In this document: positions 24,384-29,301 of the stretch, piece by piece
How positions within the stretch are numbered: the first letter of the stretch is position 1
Layout: each line of letters opens with the position of its first letter
From: a virus
Lineage: Duplodnaviria > Caudoviricetes
DNA: 29,301 bases
IMG/VR virus record: IMGVR_UViG_3300012346_000072
Location: 1-29,301 of that record
Strand: one strand, 5' to 3'
The notes under the pieces: model-generated
What the model was told of the DNA's origin: nothing
Databases searched by the model: none
What the model saw: the letters and a program-made list of their open reading frames with translations, nothing else
Program-made: the position numbers and the translations under genes

Positions 24384-25589
24384 TTAAGCTGCAGAATCTT
24401 GAATTTGAATTGTAGTTGGTGCTAGACCAGCAGTAGTAACATCGTTTAATAGAGCTTGGAAGCTTGCAGATGCAACAATACCGAGTTCACCGTCATCTTT
24501 AGTGAAGCTACCTAGTTTGACTTTAGGTAGTGTGAAACCTACGAAGTCAGATGTAGCAGTACTATCAGCAGTTACAGTTAATACGACTGAAACAGGAGTT
24601 TCATCATCAAAATACTCACGGAAAGCGGCATCTTGGAAGTAAACACTCATGTTACCAGTTACACGAATACGACCTGTGAAAATGTCAGCTACAGAGTTAG
24701 AACCAACAACGGTTGCGTTTTCAGTAGCACGTTCAATAGCGAAATCCGCAGAAGTAACTAGAGCAACAGGAGCACCACCAACTAGCATTACACCGTTTAC
24801 AGCAGCGAAAATACCATTTGAGTTCTGAGCAGTAGGAGATGTGAAATACTGAGTAGTACCAGTTTGAGTCAAATCTTTACCAGCAAAACCGATATCTACA
24901 GTTGTTAGACCAGTTGCAGGTAACTGTACAGATACGCTATTAACTTTCATACCAGTGTAAACTTCAGACTGAGCAATGTCAGAATAGAACTCTTCTACAG
25001 TGTATGAATCATCAGTGTGACCAGTTGCAGGTACAAAAGTTTGCTTACCGGGAGCAGCTAGAGTAACACTAGATGCAGTACCTTGTGCTGTCATTGTGGA
25101 ACCATTCAAAGGTACAACAACTGCGTTTGTAGCGGTTAGAGAAGCAATCAATAGGTTTTTAGAATTGTCACCAGTAGTAGTCAAACCAGTGGCACGAACA
25201 ACCATACCAACACGAAGACCGTCTGTTAACCATGAACCGCTTGCACGAACTAGAGTATAAGTTGTGCCTGAAACAGTAACGGTAACTTGAGCAGCAGAAC
25301 CTAAAGTAACAGCAGTAAAATCTTTACCTGCAATTGAACCCATAAAGTCAGCATATGAAGCTGAAGAAAGTTCACCGTTTAGTGTACCTTCGGCAGAACG
25401 AACACCATGACGAAAATCAGCTACTTGACGATCAACACGAATTTCTGCTGATTCATAAGCTTCTTTTACTAGGTTAAAGTTCGCTGTAACTCTACGCAAT
25501 AGTTTACCGGATGTGTTACCAGCGATAATACCGAATGTAGTTTCTTTTTTGTAAGCAACCTGTTTGGCTGTACCTTTTGAAATTGACAT
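24384..25589 (-). CDS. major tail (tube) protein
   Basis: ETTFG...LRRVT..FNL....ESAEIRVDRQ N-terminus, Thr/Ala/Gly-rich; position in the tail module; strong RBS. Confidence 0.85.
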   Translation of the reverse strand: MSISKGTAKQVAYKKETTFGIIAGNTSGKLLRRVTANFNLVKEAYESAEIRVDRQVADFRHGVRSAEGTLNGELSSASYADFMGSIAGKDFTAVTLGSAAQVTVTVSGTTYTLVRASGSWLTDGLRVGMVVRATGLTTTGDNSKNLLIASLTATNAVVVPLNGSTMTAQGTASSVTLAAPGKQTFVPATGHTDDSYTVEEFYSDIAQSEVYTGMKVNSVSVQLPATGLTTVDIGFAGKDLTQTGTTQYFTSPTAQNSNGIFAAVNGVMLVGGAPVALVTSADFAIERATENATVVGSNSVADIFTGRIRVTGNMSVYFQDAAFREYFDDETPVSVVLTVTADSTATSDFVGFTLPKVKLGSFTKDDGELGIVASASFQALLNDVTTAGLAPTTIQIQDSAA

Positions 25590-25652
25590 ATTATTTTCCT
25601 TAATTTAAATTTAGCATTTGCAAATGCGCTGATTTAGGTTCAGCAACCTTTT

Positions 25653-26063
25653 TCAATAAGAATAAACTTCTGCAACTAATTCAATTAGTACAGGACAAAT
25701 TACTCTCTCAGATACAACCGTATTTCCAGCAACTTGTGGAGTTCTCAATACGTGTATTCTTACATTACCTTCTTGAAGTACTAGACCTTTTGCAAAATGA
25801 TTACGAATCAATTCTGCACGATTAATAACTTCTGAGGTTCCTTTGTTTGCAGCACCAACGACAAATACTTGCATTGTCATGCGCTCTCTGTGAAATCCTG
25901 TACCAAGCACAGGATCATCAGGTGATTGAATAGTAAACTGTACTCTTTGATACAATCCATTTGGAGGATCAAATGAAACACCTTCCCATGCTGTTGATAC
26001 AGTAGGAGTCAATGCGTTCAGTTTTCTTTCGGCTGCTCTTTTAATTTCTATAATTGCCATCAA
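25653..26063 (-). CDS. tail terminator-like protein
   Basis: AWEGVSFDPP, MQVFV, AELIRNHFAKG; located just upstream of the tube gene. Confidence 0.75.
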   Translation of the reverse strand: MMAIIEIKRAAERKLNALTPTVSTAWEGVSFDPPNGLYQRVQFTIQSPDDPVLGTGFHRERMTMQVFVVGAANKGTSEVINRAELIRNHFAKGLVLQEGNVRIHVLRTPQVAGNTVVSERVICPVLIELVAEVYSY

Positions 26064-26554
26064 CTTGCCTTATAATAGTCATCTAAACTTAACTGATATG
26101 TTCTGTATATAGAGTCAACAGTTGGTTGCATAATTGGTTGTTGTTTATTATACTTTTCAAAGTTATTCTCAAGTTCTAATATATATGGACCAAAGTTACT
26201 TATCATAACTGTTTCACCTAACTTATATGTAGTTAGATCACTTTTTATAATAGATGCTGCCATCTCATCGGAATCTTGACCATATAAAGTTTGCATTTCC
26301 AATGTACCATCAGTTGAAACTCGCCAAGAACCTTTTGCAAAACCTTCTATTGGTTCTAAACCTGTATTCTTTTCACGCAATAAATACAACGGTTCCCACT
26401 TAATAGAATCACCAAGAGGTGTATTATCAATGGCTGTCCACGCTACGGTATGAGAGAACTTTCTAACCATACCTTGCATTTTGCGAACAGCTTCTTCATG
26501 GAACTTCTTTAGACTTTGTTCTAGTTTTAAAGTATCGCAAACTACTTGCATCAT
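26060..26554 (-). CDS. tail completion / neck protein (HK97 gp10-like)
   Basis: TPLG...GFAKGSW...ISNFGPYILELE pattern; synteny. Confidence 0.65.
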   Translation of the reverse strand: MMQVVCDTLKLEQSLKKFHEEAVRKMQGMVRKFSHTVAWTAIDNTPLGDSIKWEPLYLLREKNTGLEPIEGFAKGSWRVSTDGTLEMQTLYGQDSDEMAASIIKSDLTTYKLGETVMISNFGPYILELENNFEKYNKQQPIMQPTVDSIYRTYQLSLDDYYKAS

Positions 26555-26910
26555 TAACCTTTCACGGTTAGAATCTTGTATAAAATCACAAGACCATCAG
26601 CAGCATGTTCTGTAACGGAATCTACAGTATAAGTAATATTGTTAATCGTAATTTTATCTTTAGGAGCAGGTAAAAAAGCTAAATTATTATTAGCTAAATA
26701 AAATAGTGCAGAATCTCTTCCGATCATATTTGGAAAATTATACTGACTAGCCCTAATATGTTTCTTGTACATTTTAACAGAATGTGAAGTTTCTGTATTA
26801 GTTGTACTACCTGTTTCAATATTATAACTACCTTCAGTTACTACAGTATAACTACAGGTTTTACCGTGAGTGTTAATTGCCTTAAGTACTATAGCTAGGT
26901 ATTTATCCAT
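26554..26910 (-). CDS. head closure / head-tail joining protein
   Basis: Synteny; GSYNIETG and PAPKDKI, small beta-rich protein. Confidence 0.65.
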   Translation of the reverse strand: MDKYLAIVLKAINTHGKTCSYTVVTEGSYNIETGSTTNTETSHSVKMYKKHIRASQYNFPNMIGRDSALFYLANNNLAFLPAPKDKITINNITYTVDSVTEHAADGLVILYKILTVKG

Positions 26911-26924
26911 AATATTTCCTTAGC

Positions 26925-27329
26925 TTAAATACCAAATGAACTTGGACGGTAAGTAAATGTTTCAGAAGTTGGTTGAACAATGATATTGTTGTCTAAATTA
27001 GAATCATTAACCAGCATGTCTTCCTTTGAGATACCACCAGCATAACCTTGTACTTTATCGTACATTGCATTTAGATCAGGGTTCTTTATATAAAGTTGTA
27101 AAGCTTGCATGTAGTTCTTAGCTGCAGAAGAACCTTTAATGCTAAAGATATCAACTGTTTCATCAGTACGCATGGAAAGCTTTAGCATAATACTCTTAGC
27201 TGCATCCATAGAAGCTCTACGAATATTCCAATCGTGTTTACCTAAAAAGTAATTATATTCATCATCGGACATAATTGGAAATTCTGCAGAAGTATCTCCG
27301 AGTTCGATTCTAAGTGCGTGAATTGTCAT
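26925..27329 (-). CDS. head-tail adaptor protein
   Basis: Start at ATG 27329 after AAAGGA; LRIELGDT.....MSDDEY motif; follows the capsid gene. Confidence 0.7.
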   Translation of the reverse strand: MTIHALRIELGDTSAEFPIMSDDEYNYFLGKHDWNIRRASMDAAKSIMLKLSMRTDETVDIFSIKGSSAAKNYMQALQLYIKNPDLNAMYDKVQGYAGGISKEDMLVNDSNLDNNIIVQPTSETFTYRPSSFGI

Positions 27330-27400
27330 AATACATCCTTTATTATTTCTAACATTAATCCTGTATTCTAACACAAACAATGTTAAAAGCAAGACTAATG

Positions 27401-27428
27401 TTAGAAAACCCCCGAAGGGGTAATCTAA
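27401..27428 (-). terminator. intrinsic terminator after the capsid gene
   Basis: Minus strand ACCCC-TTCG-GGGGT-TTTCT. Confidence 0.75.
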
Positions 27429-27439
27429 TTATCTAACGA

Positions 27440-28453
27440 TTAGTTAGAAGTGGTTAGCTGAACAACAGCTTGTGGGCGGCGAATCAAGTTTAAGAAGTTG
27501 GCTTCTGATTGAATCTGAATTTCGCTGTCTTTTGGATCACGGTATGTGAAGACATAAGCTTGTTCACCGATTGTGTTAACATGGCTGAACTTGTTAGCAG
27601 GGCTAAAGTAAGTCTTGAACATGTCAGCAGTACCTTGTGGTAGCATGTAAGCTTCGCCAGCAGGGATTAGAGCAGTACCATTGTAAGAACCACGGTATTC
27701 AATGTACTCAACACCACCGTGTACGAAACGGCGATATACACCAGAACCTAGACGGTTACGTAGAGGCTCTTGAGTGCTTGTGTAGTACTTGTAAGCTTCT
27801 TTAACAGTAGCGTGGTTGATTAGCTTGCCGAAGAAAGCTGGTGAGCAGAGAACTACGATGTTGCTAACGACTTCACCGCTTAGGATGTTGTCTTGAATGT
27901 GAGCAATACCTTCTTCTGACTTAGCGTTTAGGTCAGTAGTAGAAGTACCGAGTACGAAGTCGATGGACTTACGGGTTACACCGAAATCAGTGTAGAAGTT
28001 ACCAGCAACAGTACCGTTAGGAGCGTAGATCGCACCGCTAGTGATAGCGTAAGCACGAGCAGCTTCTAGAGTTACTGAGTGGTTCATACGGATACGCTCT
28101 AGCTTACGAGCGATAACAGCAGCTTCAGTTTCAGCTTGATCAGCAGAACCGTAAGCACGTTTACCTTGTACGTCTTCAGGCTTAACTCCGTCATCTAGTG
28201 GGAAGTGAGGGATAGCGAATGAACGTAGAGCACGAGTGTCGCTCTTGTTTACGTTGTTGCGCTCACCACGGATTTTGTCGGTAACTAGACCGAGTGTGCC
28301 TTCGTTGGATTCAACGGTAACGCTGTGTTGAGCTACGCCTTCTTCAGAGAATAGACCTAGTTCGTTGATCAAGCCCCACTTATTAGGAACTAAGAGTAGT
28401 TCTTCTGTGTAATCAACTAGCTCAAATGGTTTTTCAAAACTACGAGTTTGCAT
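27440..28453 (-). CDS. major capsid protein (lambda gpE family)
   Basis: LGLFSEEGV, FAIPHFPLDD, NFYTDFGVT, FKTYFSPA, VNTIG, RRPQAVV; preceded by a decoration gene. Confidence 0.9.
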   Translation of the reverse strand: MQTRSFEKPFELVDYTEELLLVPNKWGLINELGLFSEEGVAQHSVTVESNEGTLGLVTDKIRGERNNVNKSDTRALRSFAIPHFPLDDGVKPEDVQGKRAYGSADQAETEAAVIARKLERIRMNHSVTLEAARAYAITSGAIYAPNGTVAGNFYTDFGVTRKSIDFVLGTSTTDLNAKSEEGIAHIQDNILSGEVVSNIVVLCSPAFFGKLINHATVKEAYKYYTSTQEPLRNRLGSGVYRRFVHGGVEYIEYRGSYNGTALIPAGEAYMLPQGTADMFKTYFSPANKFSHVNTIGEQAYVFTYRDPKDSEIQIQSEANFLNLIRRPQAVVQLTTSN

Positions 28454-28493
28454 TATAATTTCCTTGTGTTATTGTTCGGTAATCTTTTAGATA

Positions 28494-28889
28494 TTAAACT
28501 GCATCGTTGCAGAGAATATCCTTAGCTTCTAGAGCAGCGTATACAGCAGCTTTTTCAGCATCTAGGTTATAGGTAGCATCTAGAACTAGACCGTCCTTGG
28601 ATACGATAGCTGGACCACGTACTAGGCATAGAACCTTAGTATCAGTAGTAGCAGCAACAGTTTGTTCAACCATTACGATTGCATCAGCAACTTGTGAACC
28701 ATCGCTGGCAGTTTGTACAGCAATTTTGTACTTACCATCAGCAGTTACTTTACCTAGAACAGTACCGGGAACTAGAGTAGCGGCAGTACCATTATAGGTA
28801 ACAGCTACACGGCAGTAACCAGATTCAGGGAAGAGTTCTTGCTTAACAACGTTAGAAAGACGTTTTGCTTCAGTGGCAATTAGAGTCAT
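28494..28889 (-). CDS. head decoration protein (lambda gpD-like)
   Basis: GTVLGKVTADGKY......DGSQVADAI, RGPAIVS. Confidence 0.85.
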   Translation of the reverse strand: MTLIATEAKRLSNVVKQELFPESGYCRVAVTYNGTAATLVPGTVLGKVTADGKYKIAVQTASDGSQVADAIVMVEQTVAATTDTKVLCLVRGPAIVSKDGLVLDATYNLDAEKAAVYAALEAKDILCNDAV

Positions 28890-28906
28890 TTTATTTTCCT
28901 TTTATA

Positions 28907-29301
28907 TTACTTGTTTGCTTGCTTGGCTTTAAGTAATTTTGCCACAGCAGATTCTTGAACAACGGTTTCTTCTTGAGTAGAAGCACCTTTTTCTACGAAC
29001 ATCTCAGATGTTTCTACAGTAGTCATCATTGCTTCGATAGCAGCGAGGAATGCAGTAAAATCATCTTCGGATTCTAATGATAGAGCAGCCTTAGCGATTG
29101 CTTCTACTTTGCTTTCGTCTTTAACGATTGCTTTAACTTTTTCAGTTTTTGCTTTATTGATAGCTTCTTTTTTCTCAGCTTCAAATTGAGCGATTGTTTC
29201 CATAGCTTTTTGTAGTTGTACCTTCTGCTCGTCTAGAGCTTTTTGTACAAGTTCAAATTGAGCTTTTTCAACGGTTTCGACTTTTACTTCGTCTTCCATC
29301 T
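28907..29301 (-). CDS. C-terminal scaffold-like region (prohead protease/scaffold), truncated by the window edge
   Basis: Glu/Lys/Ala-rich coiled coil directly upstream of the decoration and capsid genes. Confidence 0.6.
   Translation of the reverse strand, partial: MEDEVKVETVEKAQFELVQKALDEQKVQLQKAMETIAQFEAEKKEAINKAKTEKVKAIVKDESKVEAIAKAALSLESEDDFTAFLAAIEAMMTTVETSEMFVEKGASTQEETVVQESAVAKLLKAKQANK

Noticed and set aside
1-29301. Stop-codon reassignment
   Set aside because: Genes are full length and densely packed under the standard bacterial code; no suppressor tRNA seen

Overview
Middle part of a tailed dsDNA phage genome (siphovirus-type, with a long tape measure and a tail tube but no sheath gene). 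A spanin pair indicates a Gram-negative host. The + strand (1-11954) holds early/middle genes: a nucleotidyltransferase-fold protein with two paralogous small partners, tRNA(CAT), a second non-canonical CCA-ending tRNA-like RNA, SSB, 5'-3' exonuclease, endonuclease VII, RNase H-like exonuclease, two NTP pyrophosphohydrolases, nrdB-HNH-nrdA and thioredoxin. The - strand (12007-29301) holds late genes: scaffold end, head decoration, lambda gpE-type capsid, neck, tail tube, tail chaperones, tape measure, tail tip/fibre proteins and a lysis cassette. The two arms converge on a bidirectional terminator at ~11970-12008. Most notable are (i) the NTase + paralog pair + tRNA + tRNA-mimic module, (ii) a start-less ~130-codon tail chaperone frame best explained by a +1 shift at UUU_CGA, and (iii) recurring regulatory designs: promoters followed at once by terminators, palindromes over the -35 box, and long hairpins after terminator-like stems. 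All calls come from motif reading by eye; no database search was run.
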